A stretch of DNA of 64,000 nucleotides from an uncultured Chloroflexia bacterium (GCA_963728205.1 CAVSIV010000001.1:896001-960000), one strand, 5' to 3'. Positions 44,015 to 53,915 are shown, counted from the first letter of the stretch. Notes: generated by a model not told the origin, from the letters alone. A program made the numbers and translations.

Positions 44015-44719
44015 TCATCGGGCGACTTCGCCGTATGCCCAGTGGCGGCGATCCCACAGCGTGGCCGGCTCGCGGTCCCACGTCGGCGGCAGCGCCGGCG
44101 TCGTCCACGATGCGTCCGGCGTCCACGCCTCCCAGCCGTCCGAGAACGGCGCGGCGCGGCGCTCGACCGCAGCGATCACGCGCTCCCCCTCGTCGCGCAC
44201 GAACGCCGCGAAGTCGGCGGGGTAGACGCCCTGCCGCACCCGCTCGGCCATCACGTCCTCGTCCTTCCAGGACCAGCGCAGATCGGGAGTGACAACGACG
44301 TCGAGCATGTGGTCGTTCGTGTCGACCCCAATCGGCGTCCGCCGGAACGGCTCCTCCATATTGACGTAATACGACGAGAAGGCGCGTTCGGATGTGGCCT
44401 CGTCGTGCTCCCAGAACAGCCACACCGAGTGGTGGGCGCCCGGGAACATCAGGCGCAACACGTCGCGCCGCCACTCGCCGTCGACGAGCGCTCGCTCGCC
44501 GGTCGTCGTGTCGGCTCCCCATCGCTTGTAGGTGGCGCCGCGCGGAATGAAGAGCGCCAGCAGGTCGTCGCGGTCCTCCACGATGCGCGCCGGCCAACTC
44601 ATGCCGGGCTTGCCGTCGCGCGTGATGTACCGCAGCGCAATAGCGTCGCCGCGCTGCCAGCGAGCGGCCGGCTCGCCGGCGGCGCCGGCGCCCGGGAGGC
44701 GGGTGGAAGCGTCCTGCAT
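44015..44719 (-). CDS. DUF402 (FomD/Ntdp-like) protein
   Basis: HSVWLFW, YYVNMEEP, DTNDHMLDVVV, WKDEDV. Confidence 0.8.
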   Translation of the reverse strand: MQDASTRLPGAGAAGEPAARWQRGDAIALRYITRDGKPGMSWPARIVEDRDDLLALFIPRGATYKRWGADTTTGERALVDGEWRRDVLRLMFPGAHHSVWLFWEHDEATSERAFSSYYVNMEEPFRRTPIGVDTNDHMLDVVVTPDLRWSWKDEDVMAERVRQGVYPADFAAFVRDEGERVIAAVERRAAPFSDGWEAWTPDASWTTPALPPTWDREPATLWDRRHWAYGEVAR

Positions 44720-44723
44720 CGCG

Positions 44724-46199
44724 CTAGCCGCCGAGGTGTCGCCGCAGCGCGTCCGTCGCGCCCTGCGGATTGGCGCGCCCGCGCATCTCGCGCATGACCT
44801 GCCCGACCAGGAACTTGATGGCGGACTCCTTGCCGCCGCGGTAGTCGTCGACCGCCTTGGGATTCGCGTCGATCACGCGGCGCGCGACCTCGTCGATCGC
44901 GCCCTCGTCGCTGACGACGCGGAGGCCGCGCGCGTCGACGATCGCGACCGGCATGTCGCCGCTCTCGAACGCCGCCTCCAGCACGTCCTTCGCCGTGTTC
45001 GCCGTGATCGCGCCCTCGTCGACGAGCCGCGCCAGCTCGCCGATGTGCGCGGGCGTGACCTTCGTGTCGGAGAGCTCCGCGTCGGCATGCCCCAGCGTGT
45101 TCAGGTAGCGCGGCACGTCGCCGATGAACCAGTGCGCCACCGCGCGTGCGCGCTTCGGGTCGCCGGCCGCGCCCACCGCCGCCTCATACGCGTCGGCGCG
45201 CGGTCGTGTCTCGGTCAGCTGCACCGCCTCGTCGTGCGTCAGGCCGTACTCGCGCTCGAAGCGCGCGCGGCGCGCGTCGGGCAGCTCCGGCAGCAGCGCG
45301 CGCGCCGACGCGACCTCGTCGCGCGTGATGCGCAGCGGCGGCAGGTCGGGCTCCGGGAAGTAGCGGTAGTCGTGCGCCTCTTCCTTCGAGCGCTGCGACA
45401 CGGTCTCGCCGGTCGCGTCCACGTAGCCGCGCGTCTCCTGGTGGATCGTGCCGCCCGCCTCGAGGATCGCGGTCTGCCGCTGCACCTCGAACTCGACCGC
45501 CCGCTGCGCGGAGCGGAACGAGTTCATGTTCTTCACCTCGACCTTCGTGCCGAGCTGCGACGCGCCACGCGGACGCAGCGACAGGTTCACGTCGAAGCGC
45601 ATGGAGCCCTTCTCCATGTCGGCGTCGGAGATGCCGAGGTAGCGCATCGTCTGCCGCAGCTTGCGCAGGAACGCCGCGGTCTCGGCACCCGAGTGCATGT
45701 CCGGCGTCGTCACGAGCTCCATCAGCGGCACGCCCGCGCGGTTCACGTCGAGCAGCGAATACGCCTCGGCGCCGTCGTCGCGATGCAGGAGGCGCGCGGT
45801 GTCCTCCTCGAGGTGGATGCGCTCGAGGTGCACCACCCGCGACTGGCCGTCGACCTCGATCTCGAGTTCGCCGCCGACGCACAGCGGCTGGTCGTACTGC
45901 GAGATCTGGTAGCCCTTCATCAGGTCCGGGTAGGGGTAGTTCTTGCGATCGAACTTTGACTCCTCCGGGATCTCGCAGCCCATCGCGAGCCCGGCCAGGA
46001 TGGTGAAGCGCACCGCCTCGCGGTTGATCACCGGCAGCATCCCGGGCATGCCCATGCACACCGGGCACACGTGCGTGTTCGGCTCCGTGTCGAAGTAGTC
46101 GCGCTCGCAGGCGCAGAACATCTTCGAACGGGTCTTGAGCTGGACGTGGACCTCGACGCCGACGACGACCTCGTAGTCCGTGCGCGTCTGCGTGGTCAA
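44724..46199 (-). CDS. gatB: Asp/Glu-tRNA amidotransferase subunit B
   Basis: GVEVHVQL, FDRKNYPYPD, HLEED, EVKNMNSF, DYRYFPEPDL, FLVGQVM. Confidence 0.97.
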   Translation of the reverse strand: MTTQTRTDYEVVVGVEVHVQLKTRSKMFCACERDYFDTEPNTHVCPVCMGMPGMLPVINREAVRFTILAGLAMGCEIPEESKFDRKNYPYPDLMKGYQISQYDQPLCVGGELEIEVDGQSRVVHLERIHLEEDTARLLHRDDGAEAYSLLDVNRAGVPLMELVTTPDMHSGAETAAFLRKLRQTMRYLGISDADMEKGSMRFDVNLSLRPRGASQLGTKVEVKNMNSFRSAQRAVEFEVQRQTAILEAGGTIHQETRGYVDATGETVSQRSKEEAHDYRYFPEPDLPPLRITRDEVASARALLPELPDARRARFEREYGLTHDEAVQLTETRPRADAYEAAVGAAGDPKRARAVAHWFIGDVPRYLNTLGHADAELSDTKVTPAHIGELARLVDEGAITANTAKDVLEAAFESGDMPVAIVDARGLRVVSDEGAIDEVARRVIDANPKAVDDYRGGKESAIKFLVGQVMREMRGRANPQGATDALRRHLGG

Positions 46200-46328
46200 G
46201 GTGCGCGTTCCCCCGCTCGGTACGGAAATGGTCTGAAAACATCCTACCGCGCGACCGGCACACGGACGCGTCGGGGGCGCGGCGGGCGTCCGAGCCTGCC
46301 GTGTGCAGTCGCCGCCCCGGCCCAACCC

Positions 46329-46405
46329 AAGCGGCGGCAGACATGCCGCCGACGCCGACGCGGCCGTTCGGCCGCAATCTGTCGGCGGCATGTCTGCCGC
46401 CGCTT
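46329..46405. repeat. REPIN-like doublet, family B
   Basis: Perfect 25-bp inverted repeat AAGCGGCGGCAGACATGCCGCCGAC. Confidence 0.85.
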
Positions 46406-46464
46406 TGAGGACGACGTTCGGGGCCTCGGACCTGGCGCGCGCCGGGACGGGTACCATCGCCCGC

Positions 46465-47451
46465 ATGGCCGGCGCGACCGTCCAGGTGATCTCGACGAAG
46501 TACGACGGCTCGCCGCACTACGCGTACGAGGCGCGGCTCGTCGACCGCGACGGCCCGCGCCTGCGGCTCTTCGTTCCGCGCGGCACCGTGATGACCGGCT
46601 ACCGCGGCACGTTCGCGACGCAGGTCTCGTTCACCGCGCTCTTCTACACGGACGAGCGCTGGTACAACTGCTACCTCAACCACTGGACGACGCCGCGCCT
46701 GCGCATCGAGTCGTACGCGAACGTCGCGCTGCCGGCGACGTTCGACGGCGGTGTCGTGCGCTGGGTCGACCTCGACCTCGACGTGCTGATCCGGTCGACG
46801 GGCGCCGTGTCGCTCGTCGACGTCGATGAGTTCCTCGAGCACGGCCGCCGCTTCGCCTACCCGGGCGACCTGGTCTCCCGGGCGTATGCGACGGCGGACG
46901 GGCTGCTCGCGGCGGCGCGCGCGCGGCGCGAGCCGTTCGACCGCGACGCGCATCGCGTGGGGGAGGGGACAGCGATGGAGATCCTGCCGCTCGACGAGCC
47001 GTGGCGCGAAGCGGCGCGCGCGCTGTGGGCGGAGCGATGGGGCGCGACGCGCGTGGCCTCGCACGGCCGCCTCCACGACCTCGACGCGCTGCACGGATAC
47101 GTGGTGGTGGAGGACGGCGCGTTTGCCGGCGTGGCGACGTACGACCTCGCGGGCGACGCGTGCGAGGTGGTATCGCTCGACGCGCAGCGCGAGGGCAGCG
47201 GCGCGGGGACGGCGTTGCTCGACGCGATCGCCCGCGCGGCGCGCGCGGCCGGCTGCCGGCGGCTGTGGCTGATCACGACGAACGACAACACGGCGGCGAT
47301 GCGCTTCTACCAGCGCCGGGGGTGGCGCCTCTTCGCCGTCCACGCCGGCGCGGTCGACCGGGCGCGCGCGGAACTGAAGCCGGAGATCCCGGAGCACGGC
47401 GCGGACGGCATCGCGATCCGCGACGAGGTGGAGTTCGAGTTGGCGCTCTAG
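46465..47451 (+). CDS. DUF402 domain fused in frame to a GNAT acetyltransferase
   Basis: KYDGSPH...YANVALP...WVDLDLD...DVDEF, then GSGAGTALL...LITTNDNTAAMRFYQRRGW...RDEVEFE. Confidence 0.8.
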   Translation: MAGATVQVISTKYDGSPHYAYEARLVDRDGPRLRLFVPRGTVMTGYRGTFATQVSFTALFYTDERWYNCYLNHWTTPRLRIESYANVALPATFDGGVVRWVDLDLDVLIRSTGAVSLVDVDEFLEHGRRFAYPGDLVSRAYATADGLLAAARARREPFDRDAHRVGEGTAMEILPLDEPWREAARALWAERWGATRVASHGRLHDLDALHGYVVVEDGAFAGVATYDLAGDACEVVSLDAQREGSGAGTALLDAIARAARAAGCRRLWLITTNDNTAAMRFYQRRGWRLFAVHAGAVDRARAELKPEIPEHGADGIAIRDEVEFELAL

Positions 47452-47493
47452 GCGCGGCAGTCTCGGACCCCCATCGGCACGTCGTCGGACGCC

Positions 47494-47569
47494 AGCGGCG
47501 GCAGACACGCCGCCGACAGTTCGTGGCCTGGTCGGCCGCGTTGAGATCGGCGGCGTGTCTGCCGCCGCT
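47494..47569. repeat. REPIN-like doublet, family B
   Basis: AGCGGCGGCAGACACGCCGCCGA / TCGGCGGCGTGTCTGCCGCCGCT. Confidence 0.85.
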
Positions 47570-47628
47570 TGACTGCGGTCCGCGAGAGTGCGACGCCCCC
47601 CGGCGCCGTTCCGCCTACACTCGCCACG

Positions 47629-48972
47629 ATGTCCCCCAAGCAATCCGACCTCCCGCCGGGCGTGCAGTCCGACCTCTTCGCTCCGGGCGACGGCGGGCCG
47701 CGACGCGCGGCCACCGGGGACGCGGCGACCGCTCCGCTCGCGGCGCGCATGCGACCGGCGGACCTCGACGAGTTCGTCGGCCAGGAGGCGATCGTCGGGC
47801 CGGGCAAGCCGCTGCGGCGGATGATCGAGCGCGACGAGCTCACATCGATCGTGCTGTGGGGGCCGCCGGGGTCGGGCAAGACGACGCTCGCCTCCATCGT
47901 CGCGAAGCACACGCAACGCTACTTCGCCGAGATCTCCGCGGTGAACTCGGGCGTCGCCGACATCCGGAAGGCGATCCAGGAGGCCCAGGACCGGCAGCGG
48001 CTGTCGGGCCGGCGCACGATCCTGTTCGTCGACGAGCTGCATCGCTTCAACCGAGCGCAGCAGGATGCGCTGTTGCCGTACGTGGAGTCGGGGACCGTCG
48101 TCTTCATCGGCGCCACCACCGAGAACCCGTCGTTCTACGTCGTGGCGCCGCTGCTCTCGCGGTCGCGCGTGTTCCGGCTGGAGCTGCTCGCGCCGGAGGA
48201 CGTCGAGGCGATCCTGCGCCGCGCGCTCGCCGACAGCGAGCGCGGCCTCGGGGGGCAGCCCCTCGCGATCGAGGACGACACGCTGCACGCGCTGTCGCTG
48301 CTGGCGGCCGGGGACGCACGCACCGCGCTCAACCTGCTCGAGGTCGCGGTCAACGCCGCCGAGCCGGGGCCGCAGGGCGCGCGCCGGGTCACGCGCGAAC
48401 TGCTCGAGGAAGCCGCGCAGCACCGCACGCTCCTCTACGACCGCGAGGGCGACGCGCACTACGACACGATCTCGGCGTTCATCAAGACGCTGCGCGACTC
48501 GGATCCGGACGGCGCGCTGTACTGGCTCGCGCGCATGCTCGAGGCCGGCGAGGATCCGCTGTTCGTCGCGCGCCGGCTCGTGATCCTCGCGGCCGAGGAC
48601 GTCGGCCTCGCGGATCCGTCGGCGCTGCCGCTCGCCGTCGCGTGCCAGCAGGCGGTGCACTTCCTCGGCATGCCCGAGGGACGGCTTCCGCTCGCCGAGA
48701 CGACGGTCTACCTGGCGCGCGCGCCGAAGTCGAACTCGGCCTACAAGGCGTACGAGCGGGCGGTCGAGGACGCGCGCCGGACGCCGAACGACGCCGTGCC
48801 GCTGCACCTGCGCAACGCGGCCACCGGGCTGATGCGACAGATGGGCTACGGCCGCGGCTACCAGTACGCGCACGACCACCCCGGCCACGTGCCGCCCGCC
48901 GAGCAGACGCACCGCCCGCCATCGGTGGAGGGCAACGTCTACTACGAGCCGGGCGAGCTGGGCGCGGAGTAG
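47629..48972 (+). CDS. rarA: Replication-associated recombination protein A (MgsA)
   Basis: PLAARMRP, GPPGSGKTT, DELHRFN, ATTENP, GDAR, EDVGLADP, PKSNS, VPLHLRNA. Confidence 0.95.
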   Translation: MSPKQSDLPPGVQSDLFAPGDGGPRRAATGDAATAPLAARMRPADLDEFVGQEAIVGPGKPLRRMIERDELTSIVLWGPPGSGKTTLASIVAKHTQRYFAEISAVNSGVADIRKAIQEAQDRQRLSGRRTILFVDELHRFNRAQQDALLPYVESGTVVFIGATTENPSFYVVAPLLSRSRVFRLELLAPEDVEAILRRALADSERGLGGQPLAIEDDTLHALSLLAAGDARTALNLLEVAVNAAEPGPQGARRVTRELLEEAAQHRTLLYDREGDAHYDTISAFIKTLRDSDPDGALYWLARMLEAGEDPLFVARRLVILAAEDVGLADPSALPLAVACQQAVHFLGMPEGRLPLAETTVYLARAPKSNSAYKAYERAVEDARRTPNDAVPLHLRNAATGLMRQMGYGRGYQYAHDHPGHVPPAEQTHRPPSVEGNVYYEPGELGAE

Positions 48973-48975
48973 GCG

Positions 48976-49053
48976 GCTTCGAGCGGCGCGTGGTCAACGT
49001 GCCGGTCGGTCGCGAGGATCCCACCGGCACCGTCACCCGGAGCCGCTCGAAGC
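48976..49053. repeat. Family A palindromic element between convergent genes
   Basis: GCTTCGAGCGGC...GCCGCTCGAAGC with inner GTGCCGGT/ACCGGCAC. Confidence 0.8.
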
Positions 49054-49061
49054 GGCCCGCG

Positions 49062-49592
49062 CTACTTCACCGTCAGCTCGGTGCGCATGCCCAGCTGGTA
49101 GTGACCCGGCAGGTTGCAGATGAGCACGTAGTGTCCGGGCGCCAGGTCGAGCGACAGATCCTTCGTCCCGCCGGCGTCGAACTGCGCGAGCGTGCCCGCG
49201 ACGTCGAGCTGCGTCGTGTCGACCGCCGAGCCCTTCACCGGCAACTTGTCCGCCGCGAGGTCCGTCTTGATGACGACCAGCTCGTGCGCGACGGTGCCGC
49301 CGTTCTTCACCTTGAAGTCGACCTTGCCCGCCGGCACCGACGACTGGTCGGCCTTCACCGCCCACTCGTTGAGCGTGACGTCGACCGTCGAGGTCGCGCC
49401 GCCGGGCGCCGCCGTCGCGCTGCCGCCGGCCGCGGTGGTTGCCGTGCCGACGCCTGCCGTCGCGGTGGCGGGCGAGCCGCCGCCGGACTGGGCGGGCGTC
49501 GCGGTGGAGCCGCCGCCGGACGAGCACGCCATGAGCAGCGTGCCGACGCCGAGCAGCGCGCCGAGGACGAAAGTGCGCGAGGCGCGGAACAT
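49062..49592 (-). CDS. Lipoprotein cupredoxin (blue copper; auracyanin/sulfocyanin-like)
   Basis: Lipobox LMAC, low-complexity linker, type-1 Cu ligands HELVV...ICNLPGHYQLGM. Confidence 0.87.
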   Translation of the reverse strand: MFRASRTFVLGALLGVGTLLMACSSGGGSTATPAQSGGGSPATATAGVGTATTAAGGSATAAPGGATSTVDVTLNEWAVKADQSSVPAGKVDFKVKNGGTVAHELVVIKTDLAADKLPVKGSAVDTTQLDVAGTLAQFDAGGTKDLSLDLAPGHYVLICNLPGHYQLGMRTELTVK

Positions 49593-49632
49593 GTGAACCT
49601 CCTCCAGGAGCAGGGACGTGGTGGGCCGGAGT

Positions 49633-49650
49633 TTGTGACTGCGGTCACAA
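49633..49650. promoter_or_regulatory. CRP/FNR-family-like operator
   Basis: TTGTGAC-TGCG-GTCACAA, matching TGTGA-N6-TCACA, between the divergent cupredoxin and cyclase genes. Confidence 0.65.
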
Positions 49651-49840
49651 GACTAGGCGTGCACGCCGTCATGGTCACGTGCCGGGGCTTCGGGAGCGTG
49701 GTCGAATCGATCCGCCGCGGCGAACTGCGAGGAAGCCGCAAGGGGGTGCCAGGTGCGTCCGCAGCCGGTTGCTATGATGCCGCCCCGCACCCGCGACCGC
49801 CCGCCGCGCTCGCCGCGCCCAGACGAGGGAGGTTCCAGCG

Positions 49841-50770
49841 ATGACGCTCGCGACCCGCACGCCGCCGACCCCGGAGGAGTACCTCGCCTACAAGGAGCGG
49901 TTCAACAACTGGGGCCGCTGGGGCGAGGACGACCAGCTCGGCACGCTCAACCACATCACGCCCGACGGCCGCCGCGCGGCCGCGGCGCTGGTGCGCGAGG
50001 GCCGCTCGGTCTCGTGCGCGAACCCGATCGCGACGCGCGCCGTCGTGCCGGACGAGCGCCGCAACGGCCGCCCCGCCGACCACCAGATGAGCGTGTCGCC
50101 GTGGAGCAGCGGCGACTACATCGGCGTCTCGTACCACGGCTTCGTGAACACGCACATCGACGCGCTCTGCCACATCTTCACCGGCGAGGGCGGCCAGATC
50201 TTCAACGGGCGCCCTGCCTCGCTCGTCACCGACGAGGGCGCGAAGTCGAACTCCGTCGACTTCTGGCGCGACGGCATCGTCACGCGCGGCGTGCTCTACG
50301 ACATCCCGCGCATGCGCGGGATCCCGCACGTCGCGCTCGACGCGCCGGTGCAGGCGTGGGACCTCGAGGACTTCGCGCAGCAGCACGGCATCGAGCCGCG
50401 TGCCGGCGATGCCGTGCTGATCCGCTCGGGGCACGACCCGTTCTGGTTGGCGAACCCGTCGCACCAGTTCGCGTTCCCGCCGAACACGCCCGGCGTCGGC
50501 GCGTCGGTGCTGGAGTTCCTGCACGCGCACGACGCGGCGCTGCTCGGCTGGGACCTGCAGGAGGCTGCCGACCAGGGCCTGCCCGGCCGCATCCCGATCC
50601 ACGAGGTCGCGATCCCGCACATGGGGCTCCCGCTGCTCGACAACGCGAACTTCGAGCGGCTGTCGGAGACCTGTGCGGCGCTGGGGCGGTACGAGTTCCT
50701 GCTGACGGTCGCCCCGCTGATCGTCGTCGGCGGCACCGGCTCGCCGGTGAACCCGATCGCGACGTTCTGA
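49841..50770 (+). CDS. Cyclase family (KynB-like) metal-dependent hydrolase
   Basis: NWGRWGEDDQLGTLN, HGFVNTHIDALCH, RGVLYD, GGTGSPVNPIA. Confidence 0.88.
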   Translation: MTLATRTPPTPEEYLAYKERFNNWGRWGEDDQLGTLNHITPDGRRAAAALVREGRSVSCANPIATRAVVPDERRNGRPADHQMSVSPWSSGDYIGVSYHGFVNTHIDALCHIFTGEGGQIFNGRPASLVTDEGAKSNSVDFWRDGIVTRGVLYDIPRMRGIPHVALDAPVQAWDLEDFAQQHGIEPRAGDAVLIRSGHDPFWLANPSHQFAFPPNTPGVGASVLEFLHAHDAALLGWDLQEAADQGLPGRIPIHEVAIPHMGLPLLDNANFERLSETCAALGRYEFLLTVAPLIVVGGTGSPVNPIATF

Positions 50771-50773
50771 GAC

Positions 50774-50833
50774 GCGCGGCAGGCGCGCCCCGGCGCGCGG
50801 CAGGCGCGTTCCGGTGCGCGGCAGGCTTCGGGC
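50774..50833. repeat. Three direct repeats, 21-bp period
   Basis: GCGCGGCAGGC at 50774, 50795 and 50816. Confidence 0.7.
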
Positions 50834-50956
50834 ATGCCGTGATCGCGGCAACCTCCGGCCGCCGGAGGCGCCCACCTCTCGCGGCGAGAGGCGCTTTCGG
50901 TGCACGGCAGTCGACATGCGCCGGTGGGGCGCCATGTGCCGATGAACGTCACCCAC

Positions 50957-51042
50957 AGCGGCGGCAGATATGCCGCCGACAGGACGCGGACGCAGTCCGC
51001 GGCTGACGCCGCGCTTCTGTCGGCGGCATATCTGCCGCCGCT
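50957..51042. repeat. REPIN-like doublet, family B
   Basis: Perfect 26-bp inverted repeat AGCGGCGGCAGATATGCCGCCGACAG. Confidence 0.85.
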
Positions 51043-51111
51043 TTGACTTTCGACAGGGCCTGAAGCCCTTCGGCGGGCTCAGGACAGGCCCGCCGCGTGC
51101 CGGAGGCGCCG

Positions 51112-52581
51112 ATGACCGAGCCCGTGCTCCTCGCCTACGACCTCGGGACGACGCGACTCAAGGTGGTGGCCTTCGAGACGAACGGGACGCTCGTGGCGCG
51201 CGAGGCGGCACGGCACCGCGAGCATCGCGATGGCGACCGCGCCTGGCAGGACCCCGACACCTGGTGGGCAGACGCGTGCGCGCTCACGCACCGCCTGCTC
51301 GCGCGCCCGGAGCTCGCCGGTCGCGCGGTGGCCGGCGCGTCGCTCTCCGGCCGGGGCGGCGGGTTCGTCGCGGTCGACGCCGCCGGCGCGACCGTCGCGG
51401 GATCGTGGTCCGACCGACGACACGACCCCCAGCTGCAGCGGCTCGTCGCATGGCGTCGCGACGGAGGGCACCTCGCCAACTACGCGGCGGCGCTGCTCGC
51501 GAAGACGCTCTATCTGCGCGAGGCCGAGCCGGCGATCGCCGCGCGCGTCCGCCACGCGATGTACGCGAAGGACTTCCTGCTCTTCCGCATGACCGGCGCG
51601 GTCGTGACCGATCCCACGTCGGGCCCGGACCGCGACGACTTCGACCCGCGCGCGCTCGCGTTCGCCGGCGTCGACCGCCACCTGCTGCCGCGCGTCGCGC
51701 CGCCGTGGGCGATCGCCGGGCGCGTGACCGCGGCGGCCGCGGACGCGCTCGGCCTGCCCGCCGGCACGCCGGTGGCGGTCGGCGGCCACGACGGCATCTG
51801 CGCGAACCTCGGCGCCGGCGCGGGGACGGTCGGCGCCTACGCGATCACGATTGGCACACACGCGGTCGTGCGCGCGGTGACCGCCGAACCGCCGCCCGGC
51901 GCGTATCGCTTCTACGGGATGCCGCCCGGCCGCCACGTGATCGGCGGCAACGCGGTGATGGCCGGCCGCGCGGCCGACTGGTTCCTCGACGCCTGGTACG
52001 ACCACCCCTCCGAGGAGGTCCGCCCTGCCGTGTTCGCGGCGGCCGACGCGGAGGCCGCGGCGATCGCGCCCGGCGCGGAGGGCGCGCGCTTCCTCCCGTT
52101 CCTCGCCGGCCAGGTCGCGCCCGAGGCGCGCCCCGGCGCGGCGGCCGCCTTCGCCGGCCTGCGCGCGACGCACGGCCGCGCCCACCTCTACCGCGCGGTG
52201 CTCGAAGGCGGCGCCTTCGCGGTGCGCGCGATTTTCGAGCAGGTGCGCGGCTGGTGCGGCGAGCCGACCGTCATGCGCTTCACCGGCTCCGGCGCGCAGA
52301 GCGAGACCTGGCGCCGCATCATCGTCGACGCGCTCGGCTACCCCTGCGAGGTGACCGACCACGTCGTGGAGGCGCGCGGCGCCGCCATCTATCTCGCGGT
52401 CGCACTCGGCCACTTCGACGACGTCGACGCCGCGGCGGCCGCGATGGTGCGGCCGTCGGCGCGCGTCGATCCCGATCCCGCCACGCACGCGCGCTACGAC
52501 GACGTCTACGCGCACTGGCGCCGCGTCTCCGACGCGATGCGCCCGCTCGACGCGGACCCCGCCGGCGCCGGTCTGCTGTAG
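51112..52581 (+). CDS. FGGY-family carbohydrate kinase
   Basis: DLGTTRLK, WQDP, WSDRR, GGHD, IGT, FLPFLAG, RAVLEG, GSGAQS, ARGAA. Confidence 0.88.
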   Translation: MTEPVLLAYDLGTTRLKVVAFETNGTLVAREAARHREHRDGDRAWQDPDTWWADACALTHRLLARPELAGRAVAGASLSGRGGGFVAVDAAGATVAGSWSDRRHDPQLQRLVAWRRDGGHLANYAAALLAKTLYLREAEPAIAARVRHAMYAKDFLLFRMTGAVVTDPTSGPDRDDFDPRALAFAGVDRHLLPRVAPPWAIAGRVTAAAADALGLPAGTPVAVGGHDGICANLGAGAGTVGAYAITIGTHAVVRAVTAEPPPGAYRFYGMPPGRHVIGGNAVMAGRAADWFLDAWYDHPSEEVRPAVFAAADAEAAAIAPGAEGARFLPFLAGQVAPEARPGAAAAFAGLRATHGRAHLYRAVLEGGAFAVRAIFEQVRGWCGEPTVMRFTGSGAQSETWRRIIVDALGYPCEVTDHVVEARGAAIYLAVALGHFDDVDAAAAAMVRPSARVDPDPATHARYDDVYAHWRRVSDAMRPLDADPAGAGLL

Positions 52582-52596
52582 CGAGTCGATGCGGGT

Positions 52597-52679
52597 TGCT
52601 TCGAGCCACGCCCGGTGAAGGCGCGGGCCGCGGCGTGAGGTGGCGAGCGGCACCTTCTCTCCAGGTGCCGCTCGAAGCA
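52597..52679. repeat. Family A palindromic element
   Basis: TGCTTCGAGC...GCCGCTCGAAGCA. Confidence 0.75.
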
Positions 52680-52762
52680 CGCTCCGGCTGCACGGCTCGC
52701 GCGAACCACCGTGCGGTCGCTACCATGTCGCGCGGCGGGGGCCGGGCGACCGAGAGGTCCCG

Positions 52763-53915
52763 ATGGTCTCCACGCTCATCTCCGGCGGCACGCTCGTCGA
52801 CGTCCTGCGCGGGCAGCGCTACCGCGCCGACCTCCTCGTGCGCGACGGCATCGTCGTTGAGCTCGGTGCGGTGTCCCCCGCGGGCGCGGATGCCGCCGAG
52901 GAGCGCTACGACGCCACCGGCCTCTACGTCGCGCCCGGCTTCATCGACATCCATACGCACGTCTTCAACCATGGCCTCTTCCCGACGACCCGCCTCTTCG
53001 CCGATCGCGTCGGCGTCGAGCAGGGCGTCGCCTGCCTGGTCGACGCGGGCTCATCCGGCGCCGTCACCGCCGACGCCTTCCCCGGTGTCGTGATCGAGAC
53101 GCAGCAGACGCCGGTGTTCGCGCTGATCAACATCGGCTCGCCGGGGCTGCCGGCCGTCGGCGGCGGACACTCGTCGCGGCCCGAGCTCGTCTCGCTCGAG
53201 GCGACGGTCGCCGCCGTCGAGCGCCATCGCGAGTGGGTGCGCGGCGTGAAGGTGCAGGCGTCGGCGAGCCACACGGGCGACTTCGGACTGACCGCCGTGC
53301 GGCTGGCGGTGAAGGCGGCGGAGCTCACGGGCGTGCCCCTGATGGCGCACGTCGGCAACGCGCCGCCGGTGCTCGACGACGTGCTCGCGATGCTGCGGCC
53401 CGGCGACATCGTGACGCACGCCTACCACGGCAAGGTCGGCGGCGCGCTCACGTATGGCGGCCGCGCGCTGCCGGCGCTGCGCGACGCCGTCGAGCGCGGC
53501 GTGTTCATCGACATCGGCCACGGCCGCTCGTCGTTCAGCTTCGCGACCGCCGAGCGCGCCTTCGCCGAGGGGCTGCCCGTGCACTCGATCAGCACCGACA
53601 TCCACCGCGGCAACGTCGACCGCTACGTCGTCTCGCAGGCGCGCACGATGACGAAGCTGCTGCTGCTCGGCATGCCGCTGGAGGAGGTGGTGCGCGCGGC
53701 GACCGTGACGCCGGCGCAGGCGCTGCGCCTCGACGCCGACGGCTTCGGCGTGCTCGACGTCGGGCGGCCGGCGCACATCAGCGTCTTCGCGCTGCGCGAC
53801 GATCCCATCGACCTCGAGGATTCGGAGGGCGAGGTACGGACCGCCCCGCAGTGGATTCGATCCGATCTCGGTGTTCGTCCACGGCCGGCGCTTCGATCGC
53901 ACCGCGCCGGTGTAG
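52763..53915 (+). CDS. Amidohydrolase/deacetylase (dihydroorotase-like, EF_0837 type) with an apparent 1-nt frameshift near 53857
   Basis: PGFIDIHTH, VDAGSSG, MAHVG, RPGDIVTHAYHG, DIGHGRSSFS, SISTD. The expected C-terminus DPISVFVHGRRFDRTAPV* is in the shifted frame. Confidence 0.82.
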
